This document shows, one piece after another, positions 1-9,103 of a stretch of DNA of 64,000 nucleotides. The stretch lies in the NCBI GenBank assembly GCA_020632975.1, contig JACKEL010000001.1, forward strand, positions 151,983-215,982, read 5' to 3'. Positions within the stretch are counted from its first letter, which is position 1. Each line of letters opens with the position of its first letter. Below the pieces are notes generated by a model. That model searched no databases, was not told the DNA's origin, and saw nothing but the letters and a program-made list of their open reading frames with translations. A program made the translations under genes and the position numbers. Source of the stretch: Myxococcales bacterium. Its GTDB lineage: Bacteria > Myxococcota_C > UBA6777.

Positions 1-657
1 CTCGCCTTTTTTGTTCCAAGCCATCCACGCACCATGGCGTTTCCCTTCTTGGAAAGACCGTTGCAACCGCTTTTTTCCATCGCGGAAGAAGGAGAGAAGC
101 GCACCATGCAAACGACCTGCTTTGTAGTGGCGGACAAGACGGGGCTTTCCATTGCTATAGAAGCTCACCCACTCACCATCGCGTTTTCCATCTCGAAAGC
201 GATAAGTTTGGCGCTTTCCACCATGGCGGAAACGCAGAACCCCTTCTCGGTTGGGGCGACGCTTGGGAGAGCGCGCCTTCTTCCATGCCAGAATCTTCGC
301 TTTTCCAGCTTTTGCGAGAGGCTTCCGTGCGACTTTTTCTGACTTCGCTGTCCCCTTGCTTGTGGTGGCGTCGGGGAATGTGGGCTTGTCTTTGCTTTCG
401 AGTGCCGCTTCTTTGGGCTTTGTGGGCACCACTTTGGGGGTAAGGCTGTTTTCTTTTGCGTCAGCATTCTTTTTGGGCGAAACGGTTGAGACATCCTTGG
501 TAGCGGCCGAGATCACCGAGGGTTCGGTGGTTTGGGCCGCGACGCTTATCGGAGTCATCTTGCGCGTCTTGCAGCCTTGAAGGGCAAGCCCGTAGCTTCC
601 CAACAACCCCACAAGCCCCAGCGTCATCCACCGATGAAGTGTTTCCTTGGATTGCAT
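1..657 (-). CDS. MORN-repeat lipoprotein; 5' end (ATG at 657) inside window, 3' end beyond left edge
   Basis: Hand translation of the minus strand from ATG at 655-657 stays open to position 1. It is absent from the ORF track because it is edge-truncated. Sequence begins MQSKETLHRWMTLGLVGLLGSYGLALQGC (signal peptide with lipobox LQGC), then a Lys/Pro/Thr-rich linker, then MORN/YwqK-type repeats (GKRQTYRFRDGKRDGEWVSFYSNGK; YKAGRLHGALLSFFRDGKK; FQEGKRHGAWMAWNKKGE). AAGGAG lies about 8 nt upstream of the ATG. Confidence 0.5.
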   Translation of the reverse strand, partial: MQSKETLHRWMTLGLVGLLGSYGLALQGCKTRKMTPISVAAQTTEPSVISAATKDVSTVSPKKNADAKENSLTPKVVPTKPKEAALESKDKPTFPDATTSKGTAKSEKVARKPLAKAGKAKILAWKKARSPKRRPNREGVLRFRHGGKRQTYRFRDGKRDGEWVSFYSNGKPRLVRHYKAGRLHGALLSFFRDGKKRLQRSFQEGKRHGAWMAWNKKGE

Positions 658-1181
658 CTCTTTTCTCCTTCTTTACCATCTCTGGTCTTGCGGCTCGTTG
701 GCGTGATGGCTCCCTGCGTCTCGTAAAAAGAAGCGATCACACACACTCGAAAGCTCTGTGGTCCTCGATGAACTCGAAGAACCAACACGCTCTCTAAAGC
801 GCCGAGCCCGTTGAGCAGGCTTCTTGGCCTGACGACTACCAAGAAACACCCTCTCTGCGAAACCGTAACGCACAAAACATGAATAGATACCGAATGCTCG
901 ATGAAGTCGCCCCCTCGAACTTTCCGCATATTCTTGCCGAAAGATTCACAGGAACTTCATGCAGAAGCACCCCACCGCGACATATCATCTGCCCGATTCA
1001 TCGAAGCGTGCGCCATGTCACAAACGTGATTTGCGCTGACTCACATCCCTCGCTCCCCGTGAGAAAGACACCGCCCACCCTAACGAATGAATAAAACAAG
1101 GGAAATCATGTGTACTTCACAAGACATCCTCGCATCCCACACATCCCCAGCCCCAACGACGAGGGTCCAAGAGATGTTCGA

Positions 1182-1634
1182 TTATCTCGAACGCTCTAAG
1201 CGTTCCCCCTCGCGGCGAAGATGTGGACAGCGTTGGAGCAGAGCCTGCAAGAAAGCTTCGCGTTCTTTGGGGGAGATCAGGACCCCAAAGCCATCTTCGA
1301 CGTGGACATGTAAGCGATCCAAAGACAGTGCAGGACTCGACAAAGGATTGTTGCTAGGCTCCACCTTGGTGATCTTGGCGTAGGGAACGCGCGTTCGCAG
1401 CCAGCCACTACGCACCAACAACACATCTTGCTCGAGGTCGTAGTATATGGGGATGACCAAGCCAAAGGTCAGCAGCAAGACCAGCCCCAAACTCCCCATC
1501 ATGATCCATCGCTGCGCTGGGGGCGCGACAAACCAAAACAAGATCGTGGAGCCAACAAGCAACAACAACGAGCCAATCAAGACAACAGCCAACCATGTAT
1601 CGACTTTTGAAACGAAACGAGTACCCGATTCCAT
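1182..1634 (-). CDS. membrane-anchored bacterial PH-domain (bPH/YdbS-like) protein
   Basis: 150-aa ORF. Two N-terminal hydrophobic helices, then YYDLEQDVLLVRSGWLRTRVPYAKITKVE, typical of bacterial PH domains. AAAGGAG lies 6 nt upstream of ATG 1634. Confidence 0.5.
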   Translation of the reverse strand: MESGTRFVSKVDTWLAVVLIGSLLLLVGSTILFWFVAPPAQRWIMMGSLGLVLLLTFGLVIPIYYDLEQDVLLVRSGWLRTRVPYAKITKVEPSNNPLSSPALSLDRLHVHVEDGFGVLISPKEREAFLQALLQRCPHLRREGERLERSR

Positions 1635-1677
1635 GGCTTCTCCTTTGCAGCGAAACCTCTCTTAAAGCCTCTAGGCT

Positions 1678-2253
1678 CTAAGAAGAAGCACTTTGTTCTT
1701 TGACCAAAGCGACTTGATACCACGCATAATCCAAGATCGCCCACACAGAGGCGGGATACAGCAGCAAGAACGGCAGATGTAGCCAATGCATCACCTCATG
1801 CGTTTGCAGCCACGTTGCACGCGGCGTAAGCACAAACGAAACGACGCACAGAAACTGAATGGAGGTAACAATCTTTCCCGCAAGTCGGGCCTTAAAGCGC
1901 GTGCGGATCTTCTCCATATCCACACGCCCTCGAAACAGCCACAAAAAGAGCGGGATCGCGACCGCCACAAAAGCATCGCGCAAGACCAAGGCCACAATCA
2001 TCCAAGGCCAGAGCATCCCGCGCCACAGTGCCGCAATCAAAAAGAACAAGACAAACATCTTGTCTGCGATGGGGTCGAGTGCGACACCGATCCCCGTGCT
2101 TTGGTGGAGGCTGCGAGCGATCAAACCGTCTAAAAAGTCGGTCACAGCGGCAAAGATCCCCAACGCCAGTAAAAAAGGCAGAGAGTCAAAAGCCACCAAC
2201 ACCAGCGGGCTCACCAAGATCCTAGATAAAGTCAGTAGATTTGGGACTTGCAT
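1678..2253 (-). CDS. CDP-alcohol phosphatidyltransferase (PgsA-like)
   Basis: Signature D-G-x2-A-R-x8-G-x3-D-x3-D is present as TDFLDGLIARSLHQSTGIGVALDPIADK. The protein is multi-TM. Start chosen at the internal ATG 2253 (MQVPNLLTLSRILV...). The track ORF extends to 2394, so the start is uncertain. Confidence 0.6.
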   Translation of the reverse strand: MQVPNLLTLSRILVSPLVLVAFDSLPFLLALGIFAAVTDFLDGLIARSLHQSTGIGVALDPIADKMFVLFFLIAALWRGMLWPWMIVALVLRDAFVAVAIPLFLWLFRGRVDMEKIRTRFKARLAGKIVTSIQFLCVVSFVLTPRATWLQTHEVMHWLHLPFLLLYPASVWAILDYAWYQVALVKEQSASS

Positions 2254-2482
2254 GAGTTCTCGAAACAAAGCACGGCCTCCCTTGGCACGGCACGCAGCCA
2301 CTTCGGATATCTCTTCTTTGTGGGGAAGCCCGATATTGGCATCCCACGCTCTCCAAAGCAAGGATACCCCTCTTGCATAGAGGCGTCCTTTCACGATCCC
2401 TCCAACCCCGCGAGGTGCTTGCTAGGATAGACAAAACGCAATATCTTTTGGCGCGACTTTCCCAACCAACAGGAGCTTTCAG

Positions 2483-5062
2483 ATGTTCAAGCGGACACGG
2501 CAAATCTTTTTCTTGCTCTTGCCAGCGATCTTTTTGTTTTCGTCGATGACCCAAGCTTTTCATGATCACAAGCATTTCTTGGCCCCCTTCGCCCCCAAAG
2601 GCACAAAGCCCCGTTATGCCCGTGACCTCCCCTACCAGATCCAACACCTTCACCTTGAACTCACCATCGAACCGCAAAAAAAGCATATCAAAGGGCAAGT
2701 CACGTTGACGATGCGCCCCAATGCTCGGCCTCTTCGAGAGTTCACGTTGGATGCCGCAGAACTTCAGATCCAAGGCGTCTTTCTCAATGGCAAAAAGACG
2801 ACATGGCAAGGCGAAGGACACAAGCTCCATATCCAAACAGGCGCTCCCATCGCCCCTACGCAAACCTTTCAGGTACGCATCGCCTACCAAGCCACGCCGC
2901 GCGTGGGCTTACACTTCATCCTTCCTGACAAGGACTACCCCAACAAGCCTGTGACGGTCTTTTCGCAAGGAGAGAGCGAGAACAATCGCTTTTGGTATCC
3001 TTCTTTTGATACTACCAACATGCGTTTCACCAGCGAGACACACTTCACCGTCCCTTCGGGCTTTCAGGTCGTCACCAATGGTCGTTTGATCAGCAAGACC
3101 CCCAACAAGACATGGGTGACCTACCATCACAAGATGGAACAGACACACGTCAATTACCTGCTCTCTGTGGTGGTCGGGAAGTTTGCGACCTACACCCAAA
3201 CATGGGACGGCATCACCATCCGAAGCCTCGTTCCTCCCGCAGATATCGAAAAAGCCAAACGCTCGTTTCAGTACACCCCAGACATGATGAAGTTCTTCTC
3301 TGAAAAGATCGGTTTTCGCTATCCTTACGCCAAATACGACCAAGTCACCGTGCACGACTTTATCGCAGGCGGCATGGAAAATATCAGCGCGACCACACTG
3401 GCCCACAGAACACTCCATGATGCTCGCGCCCATCTGGACCGTCGCAGCGACGACTTGGTCGCTCATGAGTTGGCGCACCAGTGGTTTGGCGACCTTTTGA
3501 CCTGCAAAGACTGGAGCCACATCTGGCTCAACGAGAGCTTTGCGAGCTACTTCAATCAACTGTTCACAGAGCACAAGTTTGGCCAAGACGACTTTGACAG
3601 CCAGCGTTACCGCTCGCGAGATTACTATATGCACCATTCCACCTACAAACGCGCCATCGTCACCAAACGCTACTTTCATCCAGGCGATGTCTTCGATAGC
3701 CACAGTTATCCCAAAGGTGCCGCAGTCTTGCACATGATCCGACGTCGCCTTGGCGATGAACTTTGGTGGAAAGCCATCAACCACTACGTAAAGACCCATG
3801 CCTTCGGCCTTGTAGAGACCGTGGATCTTCGTCGTTCGCTCGAAGCTGTCAGTGGACTCAACTGGGAACCCTTCTTTGATCAGTGGATCTACCGTGCGGG
3901 TCACCCAAGCCTCGATGTTTCTTGGAAGTACGACGCCAAAAACAAACTTGTGACCGCCACCATCCAACAAAAAACCAAACAGCCTTATCACCTCGAAACA
4001 ACACTTACGATATCTGAAGATGCCAAAGTTCGCCGAACCATCGCGATCTCCATCCATAAAAAACGCGAGGTCTTTTCCTTCCCTGCAACCAAACGACCCA
4101 AGATGCTTGAATTTGACGCAGCCTATGACCTCCTCGCAGAGATTCGCCCCAAGAAGAGTTGGCAAGAGTGGCTTTTCCAGCTTCAACATGGAAGCAGCTT
4201 TTCCAGCCGTCTGCGCGCAGCCAAGGCCCTTCGCAAGTTCCCGAACCAACCCAGCATCCCCAAAGCCCTTCTCAACGTCCTACGCGACGAAACCCTCCAC
4301 TGGTATCTTCGGGAGACCGCTGTGGGCTCCCTCGCGCATCTGCGAAAAGACGAAAACTGTCGCGCCTTGCGCGATGCGCTGACCGTCAAAGAAGCCCGAA
4401 CCCGCGCAGCCATCGCACGTTCCCTCGGACAGTGCGGCAGCATCCATCCCCTCCCCCAACTGACCCAACTGCTACGCAAAGACATCAGCTACGCCGTCCG
4501 CATCGCGGCCACCAGCGCCATCGCCAAGTTGCGTTTCAAAGCTTCCTTCCCCCTCCTCGAAGAAGCCTACAAACAAGAACTCGACAACGGCAGCATCCGA
4601 ACCGCCGCACTCCAAGGGATGATCTCTCTCGAAGATCCTGGCGCTATCACCTATCTGAGAAAAGCCATCAAACGCGGTCAGCCTCGATTCGTCCGCCTCA
4701 ACGCCATCTCAGGCTTCGCAAGGATCGCCAAGCTGCTTCGCCGATCTCCCCAAATCGGCGACCTCAACGCACTGTTGCCCCATCTACAAGATCCCGACTC
4801 GTTTATTCGAAACACCACCGTGTATTCCCTCGGAATCCTCGGGGATACACGCGCGATCCCTCACTTGCGTCGCTATGCAGAGCAAGCCCCCACGCCCAAC
4901 CGCACCCGCGATGCACAACGCGCCATCGAAACCATCACCAAACAAGATGCCCTCAAACGCCGCTTGCAAAGCCTTGGAACCAGCCTAGAGTCCATCCGCA
5001 AAGAACAACGCAAACTCCTACAACGACTCGAAAAAATGGAACGTATTCGTCGCCATAAATAA
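2483..5062 (+). CDS. M1-family zinc aminopeptidase (aminopeptidase N-like) with C-terminal HEAT/PBS-lyase-like repeats; signal peptide
   Basis: GGMEN exopeptidase motif is present as FIAGGMENISA. HEXXH-x18-E is present as VAHELAHQWFGD...LNESFASY. The C-terminal ~300 aa are repeated alpha-helical HEAT-like units (LRDETLHWYLRETAVGSLAHL, AVRIAATSAIAKL...). N-terminal signal MFKRTRQIFFLLLPAIFLFSSMTQA. AGGAG RBS upstream. Confidence 0.85.
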   Translation: MFKRTRQIFFLLLPAIFLFSSMTQAFHDHKHFLAPFAPKGTKPRYARDLPYQIQHLHLELTIEPQKKHIKGQVTLTMRPNARPLREFTLDAAELQIQGVFLNGKKTTWQGEGHKLHIQTGAPIAPTQTFQVRIAYQATPRVGLHFILPDKDYPNKPVTVFSQGESENNRFWYPSFDTTNMRFTSETHFTVPSGFQVVTNGRLISKTPNKTWVTYHHKMEQTHVNYLLSVVVGKFATYTQTWDGITIRSLVPPADIEKAKRSFQYTPDMMKFFSEKIGFRYPYAKYDQVTVHDFIAGGMENISATTLAHRTLHDARAHLDRRSDDLVAHELAHQWFGDLLTCKDWSHIWLNESFASYFNQLFTEHKFGQDDFDSQRYRSRDYYMHHSTYKRAIVTKRYFHPGDVFDSHSYPKGAAVLHMIRRRLGDELWWKAINHYVKTHAFGLVETVDLRRSLEAVSGLNWEPFFDQWIYRAGHPSLDVSWKYDAKNKLVTATIQQKTKQPYHLETTLTISEDAKVRRTIAISIHKKREVFSFPATKRPKMLEFDAAYDLLAEIRPKKSWQEWLFQLQHGSSFSSRLRAAKALRKFPNQPSIPKALLNVLRDETLHWYLRETAVGSLAHLRKDENCRALRDALTVKEARTRAAIARSLGQCGSIHPLPQLTQLLRKDISYAVRIAATSAIAKLRFKASFPLLEEAYKQELDNGSIRTAALQGMISLEDPGAITYLRKAIKRGQPRFVRLNAISGFARIAKLLRRSPQIGDLNALLPHLQDPDSFIRNTTVYSLGILGDTRAIPHLRRYAEQAPTPNRTRDAQRAIETITKQDALKRRLQSLGTSLESIRKEQRKLLQRLEKMERIRRHK

Positions 5063-5077
5063 GCCCAAGGAGCCACC

Positions 5078-5587
5078 ATGCCCAAGGACTACACTTATTG
5101 TCCACAATGCAGCAAAGCATTGATCCAAGCCGAACGCGGCGGCCGCCAACGTGCGATCTGTCCTGATGAAACGTGTGGTTTTGTCCATTGGAACAACCCA
5201 ACCCCCGTGGTAGCCGCCATCGTCGAACACGAAGAAGGTATCATCCTTGTGCGAAACCAAGGATGGCCCGCTTCTTGGTTTGGTCTCGTCTCTGGCTTCC
5301 TTGAAGCTGACGAAACCCCAGAAGAAGGCATCTTACGCGAGATCAAAGAGGAACTTGCGATCGACGCACAGCTTGTCTCTTTTATCGGTGCATACGCCTT
5401 TTCCATGCGCAATGAACTGATCCTCGCCTACCATGTCAAAGCGCAAGGAGAGATCACCCTCAGCGAAGAGATCGCAGCCTACAAAGCCGTCCCCGCACAA
5501 AAGCTCAGACCTTGGCCTTTTGGGACAGGCGAGGCTGTTCGCGACTGGCTCACCCAACAAGGATTTTCTCATCATCTCGCTGAATAA
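5078..5587 (+). CDS. NUDIX hydrolase with N-terminal NudC-type zinc ribbon
   Basis: CPQC...CPDETC zinc ribbon. Nudix box GLVSGFLEADETPEEGILREIKEELAI (Gx5Ex7REUxEExGU). AAGGAG lies 5 nt upstream of ATG 5078. Confidence 0.8.
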   Translation: MPKDYTYCPQCSKALIQAERGGRQRAICPDETCGFVHWNNPTPVVAAIVEHEEGIILVRNQGWPASWFGLVSGFLEADETPEEGILREIKEELAIDAQLVSFIGAYAFSMRNELILAYHVKAQGEITLSEEIAAYKAVPAQKLRPWPFGTGEAVRDWLTQQGFSHHLAE

Positions 5588-5784
5588 AGCAAAAACCTCC
5601 CACCTGTTCCACCCCTCCCCTCAAAGCCTCAAACAATTTTTTCCCTCAAAGAAATATCTTGACACACTGCTTCGATTTCAGTTAGCAATAGCACAGCCCG
5701 CACCAGAAGTATCCTTCGAGAAGAGAGCCACTTAGCTCGATCCTTGGGGAATTATGACGCTTATTTTTTATGGAGTATGTTCTT

Positions 5785-6174
5785 ATGATCTCAAGCGCAC
5801 GTCATCCTCTTGTTTCTATTGTAAAAATCGTTGCCATGCTTAGCGTTGTTTTGGTGTTGGCTTATGCATGTGGCGTAGATGCTGTTTGTACGGGTGGTGG
5901 TTGTACCCAGACCTGCTCGGGTTCTTCTTGTCCTTACACATGCGCGGGCGGAAACTGCACCCAAACTTGTGCAAGTGGCGCAAACTGCAACTTCACTTGC
6001 GAAGGCGGCGGTTGCACCCAAACTTGCGCAAGCGGCGGAAACTGCAACTTCTCCTGTACAGGCGCAAACTGCGTGCAAAAATGTACCGCTGATAGCACGA
6101 CCTGTAACCTCGCTTGTTCGGGCACCAACTGTTCGCAAGACTGCGCAGGCAACGCCGTTTGCACTGCTGGCTGA
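5785..6174 (+). CDS. small secreted Cys-rich repeat protein (20 Cys, about 9-residue C-x3-C-x4/5 periodicity)
   Basis: Signal peptide ...IVKIVAMLSVVLVLAYA|CGVD (AxA cleavage site). The mature region is CTGGGCTQTCSGSSCPYTCAGGNCTQTCASGANCNFTCEGGGCTQTC... Alternative start ATG 5770. GGAG upstream. Confidence 0.5.
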   Translation: MISSARHPLVSIVKIVAMLSVVLVLAYACGVDAVCTGGGCTQTCSGSSCPYTCAGGNCTQTCASGANCNFTCEGGGCTQTCASGGNCNFSCTGANCVQKCTADSTTCNLACSGTNCSQDCAGNAVCTAG

Positions 6175-6271
6175 GTCCCCCTCTCCCCATGTATCCGTTC
6201 GCATCGCTCACTTGGGAAGCCTAGCTTCTCTTTCCCCACCCCCTTCCATCTCCCTCACCCAAGAAATATTC

Positions 6272-7474
6272 TTACTTTTTCTTTTGCTCTTTTTCCAAAG
6301 CCACAACGCGTAAAAATCTTTCTAGAGCATAAAGATACATCTGCCCTGAGGGACCAAACAAATTGGCTTCGCAGCCATGGCTTGCCCAAGGGATCTCCAA
6401 CAAGAAGTGCTTTACACCGTGTTCTTGGAGCTTTTTCGCGAGACGGCGGCTCTGCTTGTAAGACACCAACTCATCTCGAAACCCGTGAATCATCAGCGTT
6501 GGAGGGACATTTTTCTGCACAAGATACAGCGGAGAAGCCGCGTCGTAAGCCGCTTTCTTCTTCTTGGGCGTTCCTCCCAAAAACTCACCCAAGGTCCCAG
6601 GCGTGCTGATCACCCAAGGATTGGAGGGATGTCCCCAACTCCAGTTCATGTCCGTGGGTCCGTACAAATCCACAACGCCACGAACACCCTTGATCGCACC
6701 GCGATACCCCACCAACAAAGCAAGGTGCGCACCTGCGCTTCTTCCCAACAAGACGAGCTTTTGCGGATCGAACTGGAACTCTTTTGCCTTGCTTTGCAGC
6801 CAACGAATCGTGTGTTCTACATCATCGCGTTGTGCGGGGAACTGGTACTTGGGCGCCAAACGATACGTGATAGAAGCCACCGTAAAACCACGCGCCGCAA
6901 GATAATGATTGACTGCGGGGAGTTGGTGGATATCGCCTCGTTTCCAAGCACCGCCGTGGATCACCACCACCAAAGGTTGCACACCCGTCACATCCACACG
7001 ACGGTAGATCTCCAAAGGTAGCTTTTTTCCATCTCCAACGGTCACTTCTTCGCGGCGCACCCGCACTTTGGGGCTTCCCACCCCCCACAAACGACCCAAC
7101 ATCAAAGGACGTTCTTGGCCGAAAGCCCCTTGAACATGCAAGGGAGGCTGCTTTCCCCAAGCCTTCTCAAAAGCTTTTGGTAGCTCTCGACCCAACACAC
7201 TCGCTCGCATCCATGGACTCAAGAGCAGCAGCCCTGTGACGATCCCGATCCCCCACAAGCCATGTGAAAAAGTCGCACCACGCGCCAAGAAACAGCCCAC
7301 ACCCACCACCAAAACCAACCAATGCCCCCACTCGATCACCCCGACAGATAGCAACCACAAGATATTGGTAGGCGCCCGAAAGATCGACAACAACGACATC
7401 AAAGCCAATGGTAATAACAAGATCCACGCAGCCCATGCTTGCCATCCCATGCCTTTTGCTCCCTTTTTTTCCAT
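6272..7474 (-). CDS. membrane-anchored alpha/beta-hydrolase esterase/lipase (HGG oxyanion motif, GxSxG)
   Basis: N-terminal multi-TM segment. HGGAW oxyanion motif and GRSAG nucleophile elbow. Start ATG 7474 is preceded by AAGGAGG at 9-nt spacing. The track ORF begins with a TTG 9 nt further upstream. Confidence 0.75.
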   Translation of the reverse strand: MEKKGAKGMGWQAWAAWILLLPLALMSLLSIFRAPTNILWLLSVGVIEWGHWLVLVVGVGCFLARGATFSHGLWGIGIVTGLLLLSPWMRASVLGRELPKAFEKAWGKQPPLHVQGAFGQERPLMLGRLWGVGSPKVRVRREEVTVGDGKKLPLEIYRRVDVTGVQPLVVVIHGGAWKRGDIHQLPAVNHYLAARGFTVASITYRLAPKYQFPAQRDDVEHTIRWLQSKAKEFQFDPQKLVLLGRSAGAHLALLVGYRGAIKGVRGVVDLYGPTDMNWSWGHPSNPWVISTPGTLGEFLGGTPKKKKAAYDAASPLYLVQKNVPPTLMIHGFRDELVSYKQSRRLAKKLQEHGVKHFLLEIPWASHGCEANLFGPSGQMYLYALERFLRVVALEKEQKKK

Positions 7475-7628
7475 CCTGCACAACCTCCTTGTTTTTGATG
7501 CGACACCCTACCATACCTCCCACAGCTCCCGAAATATCCCGACCCCACAAAGAAGCGACCTCTCGCGCACCACATGGCCTCTCGCCTTCCACTCTGTTAT
7601 GCTCTGCCCAAAATCAAGGAGGTTGCAT

Positions 7629-8741
7629 ATGTTTTCTTTTTCTTCTCGTCGTCGGACACCCTTGTCGTGGTTTTCTCTCTACGTTTACTTGTGGGCCATC
7701 TCGACTTTGTTTGTTGGCTGCCCGCAGTCCCCATCGACCCAAGAGCCCTCATCCACCCAAGAATCCACAGCCGAAAAAGCAAAAGAACCAACGTTAGAAC
7801 ATCCACAAGAACCCATACAAACAGAACCTTTTGCCAAAGAAGAAGACATCTGGGATGCCTCGGCAGAACAGAGTCCAGAACGATCACCCGAAAAAGGCCC
7901 TGAACCTCGTCCAGAGCCAAGCCCAGCAGAAGAGGCACCACCAGAACAACCTGCACAAGAAGCCGCTCCACCCGAGTCGACGTGCGGCAACAAGCTGTGC
8001 GATCCTGGAGAGACAACAACCTCTTGTCCCCAAGACTGCCCACCGACGATCTGGAAACCCACCCCTGGCACCACGTGGCACTGGCAACTCACAGGGACGT
8101 TGGACACAAGCGTTAAAGCACAGATGTATGACATCGATCTCTTCGATCACACGGCCCAAACCATCGCTTCCCTCAAAGCGCAGCAAAAAGTGGTCATCTG
8201 TTATTTTAGTGCAGGATCTTACGAAGACTGGCGCCCAGACAAATCCGCCTTTACAGCTGCTGTCAAAGGCCAAAAGATGGATGGTTGGGATGAACTTTGG
8301 CTGGATATCCGCGCAACCAATGTCCGCGACATCATGAAAACACGCCTCGATCTCGCGAAACAAAAAGGCTGTGATGGCGTAGAGCCCGACAATGTCGATG
8401 GATACCAAAACAAAACGGGGTTCCCGCTCACCGCCCAAGATCAACTCGACTTCAATCGCTTCTTGGCATCCGAAGCCCATAAGCGCGGTCTATCCATAGG
8501 ATTGAAGAACGACCTTGATCAGATCAAACAACTTGTAGGTGACTTCGACTGGGCCTTAAACGAAGAGTGCCTTTCCTACAACGAATGCTCTATGCTCCAA
8601 CCTTTCCTAGATGCAGGAAAAGCCGTCTTCCACGTTGAGTACGACAAGACCAAAAGCCAAGTCTGCCCCAAAGTCCCCCAAGGCTTCAGCAGCATGATCA
8701 AACACTGGGATCTTGATGCTTGGGCCATCACCTGCTGGTAA
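7629..8741 (+). CDS. lipoprotein glycoside hydrolase family 114 (endo-alpha-1,4-polygalactosaminidase-like) with Pro/Glu-rich linker and a small Cys-knot module
   Basis: AGGAGG lies 8 nt upstream of ATG 7629. Signal MFSFSSRRRTPLSWFSLYVYLWAISTLFVGC (lipobox). PE-rich low-complexity linker. CGNKLCDPGETTTSCPQDCPP Cys module. GH114 TIM-barrel motifs VVICYFSAGSYEDWRPD, GWDELWLDIR and GCDGVEPDNVDGY. Confidence 0.75.
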   Translation: MFSFSSRRRTPLSWFSLYVYLWAISTLFVGCPQSPSTQEPSSTQESTAEKAKEPTLEHPQEPIQTEPFAKEEDIWDASAEQSPERSPEKGPEPRPEPSPAEEAPPEQPAQEAAPPESTCGNKLCDPGETTTSCPQDCPPTIWKPTPGTTWHWQLTGTLDTSVKAQMYDIDLFDHTAQTIASLKAQQKVVICYFSAGSYEDWRPDKSAFTAAVKGQKMDGWDELWLDIRATNVRDIMKTRLDLAKQKGCDGVEPDNVDGYQNKTGFPLTAQDQLDFNRFLASEAHKRGLSIGLKNDLDQIKQLVGDFDWALNEECLSYNECSMLQPFLDAGKAVFHVEYDKTKSQVCPKVPQGFSSMIKHWDLDAWAITCW

Positions 8742-8789
8742 CCCACCTCACAAAGACAGAAGCTTCTCAAAAGATTTGGGGAGCCACAA

Positions 8790-9100
8790 AGCCCCATCCA
8801 TCAGGCGGACACAGAGAAACCCTATCTATCGGGCAAACGCAGATCCCCATCTATCAGACAAACGCAGTTCCCCATCGAGTGAATAATCCCGTATATCGGA
8901 AAAAAACGAAGGACCGCCTATCGAGCAAGTGGTCAAACGCAGACCTATTGGACGGGCACAGAGCCCCATCTATCAGGCAAACGAAGATCCCCATCGAGTG
9001 AAGAGGCCCCATCCATCGGGCGGACGCAGAGGTTCACCAGACAGACACGAAGACCCGCCCTTGCACTAGCCCTAGTATCGGGCAATCTCTCACCCATCCT
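8790..9100. repeat. degenerate tandem array of about 11 units of about 26 bp (core CCCATCTATCAGGCAAACGCAGATC)
   Basis: Read directly. Unit copies include gccccatccatcaggcggacacagag, ccctatctatcgggcaaacgcagatc, cccatctatcagacaaacgcagttc, cccatctatcaggcaaacgaagatc and ccccatccatcgggcggacgcagagg. The array fills the whole convergent intergenic gap between 8741 and 9104. Confidence 0.6.
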
Positions 9101-9103
9101 TGA

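Noticed and set aside
2909-4249. 446-aa minus-strand ORF inside the M1 aminopeptidase gene. Similar long antisense ORFs at 12675-13529, 17458-18063, 19348-20118, 25768-26481, 4159-5058, 36853-37482, 37586-38530 and 44101-44649.
   Set aside because: They lie antisense or out-of-frame within strongly supported genes. Their products are low-complexity, Arg/Pro/Ser-rich sequence typical of GC-skewed shadow ORFs. None has an RBS or a motif.
5640-5700. Sigma70-type promoter for the Cys-rich mini-protein (TTGACA at about 5660, then 17-18 nt, then TAGCAAT)
   Set aside because: The -35 element is perfect, but the -10 match is poor (3-4 of 6), and the promoter grammar of this lineage is unknown to me. 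Mentioned only as a hint.
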